The notes beneath the pieces were generated by a model. It was not told the origin of the DNA, ran no database searches, and was given only the letters and a program-made list of their open reading frames with translations. A stretch of DNA of 64,000 bases. Origin: an uncultured archaeon (GTDB lineage: Archaea > Iainarchaeota > Iainarchaeia > Iainarchaeales > GCA-2688035). Position numbers and translations under genes: made by a program. Of this stretch, positions 50,669 through 60,263 are shown piece by piece; the first letter of the stretch is position 1, and every line of letters begins with the position of its first letter. The stretch is from NCBI GenBank assembly GCA_964354805.1, contig CAYHBD010000042.1, forward strand, positions 18,038-82,037. Direction: 5' to 3'.

Positions 50669-52537
50669 ATGCGCTTTAAAATAGTGGCTGAGTTTTTCGA
50701 AAAAATCGAGAAAGCGAGCAGCAGGCTTGCAATGACTGATTTGCTTGCTGGCTTGTTCAAGGAAGCGAGCGCTGCCGAGATTGCAAAGGTTGTCTACTTG
50801 TGCCAGGGCCAGCTTGCGCCTGCTTTTCAACAAATCGAGATTGGGATGGGCGAAAAATTTGTGGAGGAAGCGATTGCAAAAACAGGCGGCTACAGCAAGG
50901 AGGAAGTCCACAAATTGTACAAGGAAAAAGGCGACCTTGGTCTGGTTGCAGAGGAAATTCTAAAAAAGAAAAAACAGAGGAGCCTGTTTTCAGCTGAACT
51001 GAATGTTGAAAAGGTTTTCAGCAACCTAATGAAAATTGCCACTGCAGGCGGAGCAGGCTCGCGGGATTTGAAAATAAAGCTGCTGGCTGAATTGCTGAAC
51101 AGCGCTTCTCCAACAGAAGCAAGGTATATTGTGCGAATTCCGTTGGGAAATCTGCGCTTGGGAATCGGCGACCCTACAATGATGGACGCGTTTGCATTGA
51201 ATCTGCTCCCCGAGGCAAAAAAGAACAAGAAAATGGTTTCTGAAGTTGAATCAGAACTGAAGGAAAAAAAGGAAGAGAAGAGAAAAGAGGAATTGGACAG
51301 AAAGCTTAGAATGCGCATTCGAGAGATGATTGAGGGCAAGTACAATGTGCACAGTGATTTGGGCAGCATTGCCGAAAAATTGCAGAGCAATGGCCTGAAT
51401 GGATTGCACAGGATTGAGATCCAGTCAGGGGTTCCAATAAGGCCAACGCTTGCTGAAAGGCTGCCTACTGCAGAGGAAATAATCAAAAAGCTGGGCAGGT
51501 GCGCTGTTGAGGCAAAGTATGATGGCTTCAGGCTGGCAGTGCACAAGGATGGAAGCGATATAACTATTTTCAGCAGAAGGCAGGAGAATGTTACATCAAT
51601 GTTTCCGGAGATTGCTGCTGCGGCAAAAAAGCAAATCAGGGCAGGCAGCGCGATTTTTGAGGGCGAAGCGCTCGCTTTCAATGAGCAGACAGGCGAATAC
51701 TACCCTTTCCAGGTAACAATCCAGAGGAAGAGGAAATATGACATCGGGAAAATGGCAAAAGAGTTTCCTTTGACCCTGTTTGCTTTCGATGTTTTGTTTG
51801 CGGACGGAAAAAACCTGATGCATTTGCCCTTCAGGGAAAGAAGGGATGAACTGCGGAAACTTATTGGAAAGGGCAAGACAATTGTTTTGACTGATTCTAT
51901 TGAAACAGGCGATGCAAAAAAAGTGCAGCGCTTTTTTGACGAAAGCGTTGAAAAAGGATTGGAGGGAATAATTGCAAAGGACCTGAATGCGCCATACATT
52001 GCAGGCGCAAGAAAATTTGCCTGGATAAAGCTGAAGAGAAGCTATAGAAACGAATTAAGCGACACAATTGACACAGTAGTAATCGGCTACTTCAAGGGCA
52101 GGGGCCAGAGAACTGAATTCGGATTGGGCGCGCTGCTTACAGCGGTTTACGATGAGAAAGAAGACACGTTCAAAAGCATTGCAAAAATCGGCACGGGAAT
52201 GAGCGAAGCGCAGATGCAGGAATTGCATAAGATGCTGAGCAAAATAAAGCAGAGGAACAAGCCAGCGAGGGTTGACTCTGAGTTAGAGCCTGATTTCTGG
52301 GTTGAGCCAAAATATGTTGTTGAGGCAATTGCAGATGAAATTACAAGAAGCCCGATTCACACAGCCGGCAGGGAGAAGGGAAAAGGCGGGCTTGCCCTCC
52401 GCTTTCCGAGAATGCTGAAAATCAGGAGCGACAAAAAAGCGGAAGAGGCAACAACAGTGAAAGAGGTTGCCGCAATGTTCAAAAAGCAGAGGCATGTGAA
52501 AACAGCTGAAGGCGAACAAAAAGCAGAGGAGCAGTGA
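50669..52537 (+). CDS. lig: ATP-dependent DNA ligase
   Basis: Motif I is VEAKYDGFRL, then FEGEALAF, GLEGIIAK, WIKLK. A Lys/Glu-rich insert lies at aa ~190-215. Confidence 0.9.
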   Translation: MRFKIVAEFFEKIEKASSRLAMTDLLAGLFKEASAAEIAKVVYLCQGQLAPAFQQIEIGMGEKFVEEAIAKTGGYSKEEVHKLYKEKGDLGLVAEEILKKKKQRSLFSAELNVEKVFSNLMKIATAGGAGSRDLKIKLLAELLNSASPTEARYIVRIPLGNLRLGIGDPTMMDAFALNLLPEAKKNKKMVSEVESELKEKKEEKRKEELDRKLRMRIREMIEGKYNVHSDLGSIAEKLQSNGLNGLHRIEIQSGVPIRPTLAERLPTAEEIIKKLGRCAVEAKYDGFRLAVHKDGSDITIFSRRQENVTSMFPEIAAAAKKQIRAGSAIFEGEALAFNEQTGEYYPFQVTIQRKRKYDIGKMAKEFPLTLFAFDVLFADGKNLMHLPFRERRDELRKLIGKGKTIVLTDSIETGDAKKVQRFFDESVEKGLEGIIAKDLNAPYIAGARKFAWIKLKRSYRNELSDTIDTVVIGYFKGRGQRTEFGLGALLTAVYDEKEDTFKSIAKIGTGMSEAQMQELHKMLSKIKQRNKPARVDSELEPDFWVEPKYVVEAIADEITRSPIHTAGREKGKGGLALRFPRMLKIRSDKKAEEATTVKEVAAMFKKQRHVKTAEGEQKAEEQ

Positions 52538-52543
52538 CCAAAA

Positions 52544-52792
52544 ATGTTTTTGCGAAACTTAACGGCAAATTTGTGGAAAATATGCGTTTTTTTGCTGGCG
52601 ATTGCAATCGTTGTATATGTGATAATTGAATTCAGGATTTGGAGCGACAGCTTCACAGGCTATTTCTTCAAAATCGGCGATTGGGGCATGCTGATATTTG
52701 TTTTATTGATTGCGACAGCAGTAAGCATGGTTTTAAGCAAACTGTTGCGCTGGGAAGCAAGGGCAATAACAAAGCCAAGGAGGCGGCGCTGA
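52544..52792 (+). CDS. small two-TM membrane protein
   Basis: 82 aa. Its stop abuts the next start (TGA-ATG). Confidence 0.45.
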   Translation: MFLRNLTANLWKICVFLLAIAIVVYVIIEFRIWSDSFTGYFFKIGDWGMLIFVLLIATAVSMVLSKLLRWEARAITKPRRRR

Positions 52793-53785
52793 ATGCCGAA
52801 TCCATTCAAATTGCTTGTTATGGCAATTGCAGCTGTTCTGCTGCTGATGGTTTTCTTTGCCTTCATTGCACCATTGTTTTTCCCGAAACCCGATCCTGCT
52901 GAACAAATTTCACTGCTGCTGCTTAACGCTGAAACATTGCTTGGAAAAGGCAGCAGCAACACAGTGTATTTTAATGCAGGCAGCGCATTCCAGGGGATTT
53001 CCTTTGATAGCCCTCTGCGCAGTGTCAATTTTAGCTGCAACAGCGCAACCATATGCTGCCCAAAGGGGGCAAAATGCCCTGCTGCAGTTGAATGGGATGA
53101 CAGGAAAATAATTTTCAATGAAGCGAGGGCAATTGAAACAACAGCAAGGTGTGAACAGCAGTATGGGATTTTCACCTGCAAAATTTATTTTGGAGAAAAG
53201 CCGGCGCAAATTGAAATCAGCAGCGTGAGGGCTGAAAAGGAATTTGATTTAAGCAAAGGAAACCCGGAAGTTTTTGTTTCAATCAAAAACAGCGGGGGAC
53301 AGCAAATGCTGCAGGGAACAATTGATGCAAAGGTCATGCAGCTGGTTTCCGCAAATGGCAGGGAGGAGGAAATCCCCATTGCAAGCGCGGCAAAAACAGA
53401 AACAATAGGCTCACTGGATGCAGGCAAAGAAACGCAGATTGCAATTGAATTGAGCGTGAGGGAAGAGGGAAAATACAAGGCAGTTCTCACAGCAAGTGGT
53501 CTGGAAGCAGGCTTCGATGAAAAAAGCGTTTCCTTCACAGTAAAGGGAGCAGCGGATGAGTGCATTGCAAATAGCTGCGATGCGCCTGCTGCAGCAACAG
53601 GAAAATGCATTGCAAGATGCTACTGCAGCAATTGCCTGATTGGAAGCAAATGCGTGCAGAAATTAAAGGAAACAGGGAGCAGCGCGCTTGGCCTGCCGGC
53701 AGGCACTGATTTGAGTATTGCTGAAAGCATTATACTTGGCTCTGACATTGTTGAATTTGTTCTGCCAGACAGCGCCTGCGAATAA
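52793..53785 (+). CDS. N-terminally anchored Cys-rich protein with a CARDB-like domain
   Basis: The TM is LLVMAIAAVLLLMVFFAFIAPLFF. VFVSIKNSGGQQ..IGSLDAGKETQIAIELS..GKYKAVLTAS follows the CARDB pattern. Confidence 0.5.
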   Translation: MPNPFKLLVMAIAAVLLLMVFFAFIAPLFFPKPDPAEQISLLLLNAETLLGKGSSNTVYFNAGSAFQGISFDSPLRSVNFSCNSATICCPKGAKCPAAVEWDDRKIIFNEARAIETTARCEQQYGIFTCKIYFGEKPAQIEISSVRAEKEFDLSKGNPEVFVSIKNSGGQQMLQGTIDAKVMQLVSANGREEEIPIASAAKTETIGSLDAGKETQIAIELSVREEGKYKAVLTASGLEAGFDEKSVSFTVKGAADECIANSCDAPAAATGKCIARCYCSNCLIGSKCVQKLKETGSSALGLPAGTDLSIAESIILGSDIVEFVLPDSACE

Positions 53786-53791
53786 AAAAAA

Positions 53792-54475
53792 TTATTTCTT
53801 AATCAGTTCAACTTTTTTAATTACCAGTTCTCCCCTCACGCCGTCCCAGCGCTTCTCGCTTTCCAGCACTTGAATCTTTTTCTTGAACAAAGGGCAGTCA
53901 AGCACAAGGGTTTCAAGCTCTCCGCCCTCGCCTGCCGGGTTAACGCTGAATTTGCGCTGCAATTCAACCAATTCATTCAACGCCTTTTCATCAATCATTC
54001 TGCCCAGCCATTTTTCATCCAAGCCATGGGCTGCAACGGCAGTAACCATTATGCTGAATTTGTTCTGCAGCATTTCCAGCATCAGGGCAGCCTGCCCCCT
54101 GTGCCACAAGGGAGCAATGTGCTGCAGGCGCAGCTTTTTGCAGATTAAATCAACCCTTTTCTTCTGGTAATTGCTTGCAATCGCGCCGGTGAGAACGCCC
54201 TCAATTTTTTGCTTTTCGCGCAATTCTCCTAACAATTCTTTCAGAATCCACAATTCAGCCTCTTTCCCTTTCTCGGCTTCGCCAACAACAAGAGGCATTT
54301 CCATTGCAGCAGCTGCCTGCTCTGTCAAATGAATGTTCGGCAGATGGTACATGAAAGAATCGCTTGCTGGTGATTTTATTGAAACAAGCGCAGCAATGCT
54401 GTGCCCCTGCTTTAATGCATTGAACAAAGCAAAAGTGCTGTCCTTTCCTCCAGAAAACAGGCAAGCCAAGCGCAT
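53792..54475 (-). CDS. dph6: diphthine-ammonia ligase (Dph6 / MJ0570-type PP-loop ATPase)
   Basis: The PP-loop is CLFSGGKDS. Further matches are GAIASNYQKKRV and NPAGEGGELETLVLD. Confidence 0.8.
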   Translation of the reverse strand: MRLACLFSGGKDSTFALFNALKQGHSIAALVSIKSPASDSFMYHLPNIHLTEQAAAAMEMPLVVGEAEKGKEAELWILKELLGELREKQKIEGVLTGAIASNYQKKRVDLICKKLRLQHIAPLWHRGQAALMLEMLQNKFSIMVTAVAAHGLDEKWLGRMIDEKALNELVELQRKFSVNPAGEGGELETLVLDCPLFKKKIQVLESEKRWDGVRGELVIKKVELIKK

Positions 54476-54518
54476 AAAAAATAGGTTAACTGCTTTGCTT
54501 TAAAAAACAATAATCGAG

Positions 54519-55415
54519 TCACGCTTTTCCTTTTGCGCCGAACAAGCGAATTTTTTGCATTGCAACCTGCTTTATCGCCTGCTGGGCAGAAAGAAGATAA
54601 CCCCTTGGGTCAAAGTCCGCCGGGTTTTTTGCAAGCGCAGCCCTAACGCCTGCAGTGAAAGCAAGCCTTATGTCAGTGTCAATGTTTATTTTCGCAACCC
54701 CAAGCCTGATTGCTTTCTCTATGTCCCTGTCCGCTACACCTGCCGTATGCTTTAATTCTGCGCCAAAGCTGTTCGCTTTCCCAACCAATTGCCTGTCAAC
54801 GCTGCTTGCCCCATGCAAAACCAATGGAATTGAAACAGCCCTGCTGATTTCCCTTAATCTTTTCAAATCAATTTTTGGCTTGCCTGCAAACTTGTATGCT
54901 CCGTGCGATGTGCCGATTGCAACAGCAAGGGCATCGCAGCCTGTTTTTTCAGCAAACTGCCCAGCCTGCTTTGGGTCGGTTAACTGCGCTGCGCCGATTC
55001 TTCCCAGGCTGCCAAGCTCTGCTTCAACGCTGCATTTCTTTGCATGAGCCATCTTTACAACCTTTTTTGTGATTGCAATGTTTTTGTTGAATGGCCGGCT
55101 GCTTGCATCAACCATCACGCTCTTGTAGCCAAGTTGAATGCAGTACTTTAACAGCTGCAGATCCTTGCCATGGTCCAAGTGAATGCAAACAGGAACATTT
55201 GATTGCAGGGCCAGTGTTTTGATTATTGAGAAAATATTCAGCAGGCCGGCGTAGTTTATTGCCGACTCTGTTGTTTGGATAAGAAGCGGCGAATTCGTTT
55301 CCTCTGCTGCTTCCAGCAGTGCCTTGCTTACCTCCAGATTGCTTGTATTAAATGCAGGCAGGGCATAGCCCTGCTCCCTTGCCTTTTGCAATAGCCCGGC
55401 GCTTGCTGCAAACAT
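54519..55415 (-). CDS. fba: class II fructose/tagatose-bisphosphate aldolase
   Basis: YALPAFNTSNLE, VCIHLDHG, VEAELG, LAVAIGTSHG, LVLHGASS. Confidence 0.85.
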   Translation of the reverse strand: MFAASAGLLQKAREQGYALPAFNTSNLEVSKALLEAAEETNSPLLIQTTESAINYAGLLNIFSIIKTLALQSNVPVCIHLDHGKDLQLLKYCIQLGYKSVMVDASSRPFNKNIAITKKVVKMAHAKKCSVEAELGSLGRIGAAQLTDPKQAGQFAEKTGCDALAVAIGTSHGAYKFAGKPKIDLKRLREISRAVSIPLVLHGASSVDRQLVGKANSFGAELKHTAGVADRDIEKAIRLGVAKINIDTDIRLAFTAGVRAALAKNPADFDPRGYLLSAQQAIKQVAMQKIRLFGAKGKA

Positions 55416-55495
55416 TTGAACCAGAAGAAAATAACAGCATTCTATTATTTAAAGTTTGGGGAAAAGCGGCTTTGCTCTAAAATTCAAGCTTGATC

Positions 55496-55810
55496 CTAAA
55501 AAGGCTTATAAACAAAGAAGGGCTGTCCGTCTATATCCATTTTACACACTACTGATGAACCTGCTGGCGGCGCTTCTTTTGAAACAACTAATTTGGCATA
55601 GGCCTGTCTCATAATTCGAGTAGCCGGCCCTTTCACCTGAAAGGATACTTGGTGCCCCCTTAAGCCAATCGTGTCAGAAAGGTCATTTAGTGTTGTGTTC
55701 GTAAACGTTTCAACGCCCTTTTTAAGAGAGCCTGCTTGGGGTGGTTTTCTTCCAAATAATCTCCTAAAATTAGGCAATATTCTTTTCAGCCTCATTGTAG
55801 AATTACTCAA
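55496..55810 (-). CDS. hypothetical protein
   Basis: A 104-aa ORF. I recognise no motif. Confidence 0.3.
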   Translation of the reverse strand: MSNSTMRLKRILPNFRRLFGRKPPQAGSLKKGVETFTNTTLNDLSDTIGLRGHQVSFQVKGPATRIMRQAYAKLVVSKEAPPAGSSVVCKMDIDGQPFFVYKPF

Positions 55811-56201
55811 CTATTGAATATAAACATTTCTTTTAATCGATTTTTCTGCTAAAGTCGTGCCTGCTCCTAAATAATAGCCTTGGCTTACCTTAGTAGCAAA
55901 GCCGGGAAAACACGAGAAAAAGCTTGACGCGAAATATATTCAAAATATTCTCAATATAGAAAAAGCTGAAAAAGACCCAGCTGAAATATGTTTAAAAGCA
56001 GTTTGAGGCTATGTATCTTTTCGCCTTGTGCGTTTCTGCCTGGTTTTTCGGAACTCGGGAGCGCACTTGGCTTTTTCCTATTTTTTATTAACCCACCCCA
56101 ACCCAAATAAAAACAATGTACATATTATCAGCTTAGCTTTTATATTAAATTAATTCCATTAAAATGGGATAAATTATCAAAAAATAGTTAATATTTTAAT
56201 G

Positions 56202-56218
56202 TTTTTGGAATGAATATT
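56202..56218. promoter_or_regulatory. short inverted repeat abutting the lrp start (possible auto-operator)
   Basis: TGGAAT-gaat-ATTCCA ends 5 nt before ATG 56224, in a very AT-rich leader. Confidence 0.3.
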
Positions 56219-56223
56219 CCATC

Positions 56224-56673
56224 ATGGTTGACAATAAGGATTTGCTTATTCTGGATGCTTTGAAGCGGAATGCAAAGGCTTCGGTTGTTGAGATTGCCAA
56301 GAGAACAGGCTTGCCAGGCACTACTGTCCACAACAGGATAAAGAAGTTGAACAAAGAGGGCGTAATCAAGGGTTATACCATTAGGGTTGACAATAAAAAG
56401 ATTGGAAAAGGGCTGGCTGCTTATGTTGCTATTACTGTTGACTACAGGCGCCTTAAAGAGCAGAAAATACCGGTCAGGCAGTTGATGAAAAAGATTGCAT
56501 TGCTGCCCTCTATTGAAGAAATGAATATTGTAACAGGGGAAATAGATGCCATTGTAAAGGTAAGGGTAAAAGACATCAATGAATTGAATGATGTTTTAAT
56601 GGACACACTCAGGGAATATGAGGGTATAGAAAAAACCCAAACAATGGTAATTCTGGAAAGCACAACGGATTAA
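56224..56673 (+). CDS. lrp: Lrp/AsnC family transcriptional regulator
   Basis: The HTH is LDALKRNAKASVVEIAKRTGLPGTTVHNRIKKL, followed by a C-terminal RAM domain. Confidence 0.9.
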   Translation: MVDNKDLLILDALKRNAKASVVEIAKRTGLPGTTVHNRIKKLNKEGVIKGYTIRVDNKKIGKGLAAYVAITVDYRRLKEQKIPVRQLMKKIALLPSIEEMNIVTGEIDAIVKVRVKDINELNDVLMDTLREYEGIEKTQTMVILESTTD

Positions 56674-56706
56674 AATCACTTTTGCCCTAATTCTAACTGA
56701 TTCTGA

Positions 56707-58062
56707 ATGGACCTGAACAGCTTTCTCAAAAAAAATAAATTAGCCGAAGGGGACATTGCTGAAATGCAAAAAGGCGGGCAAACCCTTAAAGGCACAATTG
56801 TCCCGTCAAAAGAGCCTGATATTTTAGTGCTTAAACTCAACTCAGGCTATAACGTCGGAATCAATTTAAGCGAAATCGCTGGAATAAAAAAAATCGGCGC
56901 AGGAAAAGCGGTTGGAAAGGCTGCTGCAGCTGCCTTAAAGAAAAACCCGGCACTGCCAACTATTTCAATCCTGCACACCGGCGGCACAATCGCGAGCAGG
57001 GTTGACTACAGGACAGGCGCTGTTTACAGCACTTTCAACCCAGCTGATTTGCTGACAATGTTCCCAGAGCTTAGCGCAATAGCAAACTTTGATTCAAAAT
57101 TGCTTAGGAATATGTGGAGCGATGATTTGCGCTTCGAGCACATTTCACTCATAGCAGAAGCGGTTGCAGAGGAAGCGAAAAAAGGCGTTGCCGGAGTTAT
57201 AATTGGAATGGGCACTGACAATCTGGCTGTTGCAGCAGCAGCGCTCGCATTCGCAATTGAAAAAAGCCCTATCCCAGTGCTTTTTGTTGGAGCGCAGAGA
57301 AGCAGCGACAGGGGCAGCAGTGATGCGGCAATGAACTTGGTATGCGCATCGCACTTTATTACAAAATCGGATTTTGCAGCTGTTGCAATATGCATGCACC
57401 ACAGCAGCTCGGATGAGAAATGTGCGATTCTTCCAGCATGCAAAACAAGGAAGCTGCACACAAGCAGGAGAGACGCATTCAAGCCGGTGAATGACACTCC
57501 AATTGCATTGGTCGGTTACAACACAAAAGAAATCCAATTTTTGAAAAAGGATTACAACAAAAAAGACAAAAACGCAAAAATGATAATAAAACCAAACTTT
57601 GAGGAACGGGTTGCCCTGCTGAAAATAACAATCAACATGTTCCCAGAACAATTCGAATTCTATTCAAAGCAAAAATTCAAAGGGCTTGTGATTGAGGGAA
57701 CAGGCCTAGGGCAAACGCCAGGGCACATGCCTGATGAAATAACAAAAAAAGCGCATGCAAAAATCTTTCCGGCAATAAAAGAATTCGTTGAACAAGGCGG
57801 AACAGCAGTAATGACCTCAACCTGCCTGTTCGGCAGGGTGCAGATGCACGTTTATGACAAGGCAACGGATTTAATGAACCTCGGGGTAATACCAGGAGAA
57901 GACATGCTCCCTGAAACAGCATTCGTAAAGCTCGCATGGCTGCTTGGCAATTATAAAAAAGAAGAAGCGGAAAAACTTATTGGGCAGAATTTGAGGGGAG
58001 AAATAAGCAGCAGGACTGAAATCGAGGAATTTGAACCTGGTGCAGAAAATGCAGGAAATTGA
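56707..58062 (+). CDS. gatD: Glu-tRNA(Gln) amidotransferase subunit D
   Basis: N-terminal AD1-like domain plus an asparaginase fold: ILHTGGTIAS, GVIIGMGTDNL, GAQRSSDR. Confidence 0.85.
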   Translation: MDLNSFLKKNKLAEGDIAEMQKGGQTLKGTIVPSKEPDILVLKLNSGYNVGINLSEIAGIKKIGAGKAVGKAAAAALKKNPALPTISILHTGGTIASRVDYRTGAVYSTFNPADLLTMFPELSAIANFDSKLLRNMWSDDLRFEHISLIAEAVAEEAKKGVAGVIIGMGTDNLAVAAAALAFAIEKSPIPVLFVGAQRSSDRGSSDAAMNLVCASHFITKSDFAAVAICMHHSSSDEKCAILPACKTRKLHTSRRDAFKPVNDTPIALVGYNTKEIQFLKKDYNKKDKNAKMIIKPNFEERVALLKITINMFPEQFEFYSKQKFKGLVIEGTGLGQTPGHMPDEITKKAHAKIFPAIKEFVEQGGTAVMTSTCLFGRVQMHVYDKATDLMNLGVIPGEDMLPETAFVKLAWLLGNYKKEEAEKLIGQNLRGEISSRTEIEEFEPGAENAGN

Positions 58063-58121
58063 TGAAGTTAAATTGAAGGAAGAAAAAATGCGGGAAATTA
58101 TTGAATGTGGAGTGAATTAAA

Positions 58122-58652
58122 ATGCAAGAGGTTGAATTGAACGCAGCAGCTCGCTTGCTTTACCCAAGGCTGACTGTTTTGGTTACAACAGTTAACCCTG
58201 CCGGAGAGCCAAACGCTGCTCCCTACAGCTGGGTTGCGCCTGTTTCTTTTGCTCCGCCAATGCTTTACATTGGCATACAGAGGAGGGAAACCCTGACAAT
58301 AAAGAACATTAAGAGAACAAAAGAATTTGTTGTAAACATTGTGACAAAAGGCTGGGCAGAGAAGGCGGTTGCGTGCGAGGCAAAACTGCCTGACAAGGTT
58401 GAGAAAAGCGGCATTACCCTGCGGGAAAGCAAAAAGGTTAATGCACCAAGCGTGCTGGAAGCAAAAATTGTTCTGGAATGCGTTCTGAAGGACATTGTTG
58501 AAACAGGCAGTGCAGACCACTACCTTGTCATCGGGGAAATAGTGCACGCGGAAAAGGATGAAAGCATGAAAGACAGCGAAATTGTATTGCACAACACTGG
58601 GAGCGGCTTTTTTCTCCCGAGCAAAAAGCTTGAGGTGCAGAGGAAGAAATAA
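58122..58652 (+). CDS. flavin reductase-like FMN-binding protein (flavoredoxin-like)
   Basis: LLYPRLTVLVTTVNPAGEPNAAPYSWVAPVSFAPPMLYIG..EFVVNI. Confidence 0.75.
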   Translation: MQEVELNAAARLLYPRLTVLVTTVNPAGEPNAAPYSWVAPVSFAPPMLYIGIQRRETLTIKNIKRTKEFVVNIVTKGWAEKAVACEAKLPDKVEKSGITLRESKKVNAPSVLEAKIVLECVLKDIVETGSADHYLVIGEIVHAEKDESMKDSEIVLHNTGSGFFLPSKKLEVQRKK

Positions 58653-58908
58653 AAAGAACGCATAACAAAAATAGAAAGAATTCAGGTGATAGACTTGAAC
58701 AAGGAAATTATTCTAATACCCAAAAAGAAAGGCAGCCTGCGCAATTTAGTTGGAAAATTCAGGGCAGGCAAGAGATTTGATGCAGTCAAAGAGCACGACT
58801 TGATTGTTGCAGGTTTTAGATAACGTCGTTTATTGACACAATCAATTTGACCATTTAAAAAAGGGGCTCCAATCTGATTTAAATCAATTTTCCCCCATTC
58901 TGTTAATT

Positions 58909-59460
58909 ATGAAAGTCCTTGCAATCTGCGGTTCGCCGCGAAAAGGAAACACAGAAGCAATGCTCAAAAGAGTGCTTGACGGAGCAAAAAGCAAGGGAGC
59001 AATAATTGAGCTTGTTCTTTTGAGGGACAGGAAGATTGAATTTTGCGACGGCTGTGATACCTGCTGGGGCACTGGAAAAGGCTGCAGGGCAATGGATGAA
59101 ATGCAGCCGTTGTACGGGAAAATGTTTGCTGCTGACGCAATTGTTTTCGGTTCGCCAAATTACTTCAGCAATTATTCAGCCCAAATGAAAACTTTTGTTG
59201 ACAGGCTAAACCCTTACTGCAAGCCAAGCAGGTTCAAGGGAAAAAAAGCGGCAATTGTATGCGTCGGAGGCCAAAGGCTGCAAAATGTAAAGAGATGCGA
59301 GCGCGCGCTGCGCCTTGTTGTAAGCGGTTTGAAAATGCTGCTGGTTGGCAGCATTGTTGCAAAAGCGGAAAATCCGCTTGAAATATTAAAGGACGAGAAA
59401 GTAATGCAGCAATGCTTTGAATTAGGGCAAAAGCTGGCTGAAAGTCGATTCCTATTTTAA
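58909..59460 (+). CDS. NAD(P)H-dependent FMN reductase / iron-sulfur flavoprotein-like
   Basis: MKVLAICGSPRKGNTE, C..C..C...C, and VFGSPNYFSNYSAQMKTFVDR. The 3' end is altered by a cassette insertion (see findings). Confidence 0.8.
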   Translation: MKVLAICGSPRKGNTEAMLKRVLDGAKSKGAIIELVLLRDRKIEFCDGCDTCWGTGKGCRAMDEMQPLYGKMFAADAIVFGSPNYFSNYSAQMKTFVDRLNPYCKPSRFKGKKAAIVCVGGQRLQNVKRCERALRLVVSGLKMLLVGSIVAKAENPLEILKDEKVMQQCFELGQKLAESRFLF

Positions 59461-59500
59461 ATAGGAAAGTTTAAAAATACTATTATTTATAGTAATTAAT

Positions 59501-59746
59501 ATGACTGAGGTTGTTGTTACCAGGCACGGGCAAATTACCCTCACAAAAGAGCTGAGGGAAGAACTTGGCATAAAAGAGGGGGATAAAGTGATTGTGAACA
59601 AGGAAAATGGTTTTGCGATTATTTCAAAGAAAGACATATCAGTTTGGGATAGGTTGGGTGACTTTCTGCCTGACAATTTCGAAAAAGTGCTGGAAAAAAT
59701 CAGATCGGATAGCACTAAAAGATTCAAAGCCGTTGGTTTAATATGA
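59501..59746 (+). CDS. vapB: AbrB/MazE/SpoVT-type antitoxin (VapB)
   Basis: VVTRHGQITLTKELREELGIKEGDKVIV is a swapped-hairpin motif. It overlaps vapC by 4 nt (ATGA). Confidence 0.75.
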   Translation: MTEVVVTRHGQITLTKELREELGIKEGDKVIVNKENGFAIISKKDISVWDRLGDFLPDNFEKVLEKIRSDSTKRFKAVGLI

Positions 59747-60174
59747 AAGTACTGCTTGACACCTCTTTTCTTGTTGCAATCGATAGAAAGAGCAAGGAAG
59801 CGATAGCATTCGCAAAAAAGCTTGTTCAACGTGACGCAGAGCTGTGGATTTCAACCATAACTGTCTCAGAGATAATGACAGGCGCTTACTTGAGAAAAGA
59901 TTTTAAAGAAGCGATTAGCAATGCAAGGCTTGCCTTGGCACAGTTCCAATGGCAAGACCTTGATGCAGGCATTGCAATAATATTAGGGGAATTACTTGCA
60001 TTTCAAATAACACAAGGCAGCAAAATTGAGTACCAAGACAGCGCAATTGCAGCAACAGCGATTGAATTAAAGGCAGATTACCTGGTTTCAGAAAACAAAA
60101 AACACTTTATAATATTTCCAATATTAAAGAACAAAGTAATGACAATAAAGGAAGCGAACGAAAAAATAAAGTAA
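59743..60174 (+). CDS. vapC: PIN-domain toxin (VapC)
   Basis: MKVLLDTSFLVAI, TVSEIMTG, YQDSAIAATAI, and LVSENKKHF match the PIN acidic quartet spacing. Confidence 0.8.
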   Translation: MKVLLDTSFLVAIDRKSKEAIAFAKKLVQRDAELWISTITVSEIMTGAYLRKDFKEAISNARLALAQFQWQDLDAGIAIILGELLAFQITQGSKIEYQDSAIAATAIELKADYLVSENKKHFIIFPILKNKVMTIKEANEKIK

Positions 60175-60263
60175 TGCAGCAATGCTTTGAATTGGGGCAA
60201 AAGCTGGTTGCGGAATAGTGCTCCCTGAAAAGCAAAGACTGGGTTTCTGGGGAAGGCACGTTT

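Larger units (their letters stand above)
59398..60210 (+). mobile_element. vapBC cassette bounded by 43-nt direct repeats
   Basis: aaagtaatgcagcaatgctttgaattagggcaaaagctggctg (59398..59440) vs aaagtaatgcagcaatgctttgaattggggcaaaagctggttg (60168..60210). There are two mismatches. Confidence 0.65.
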
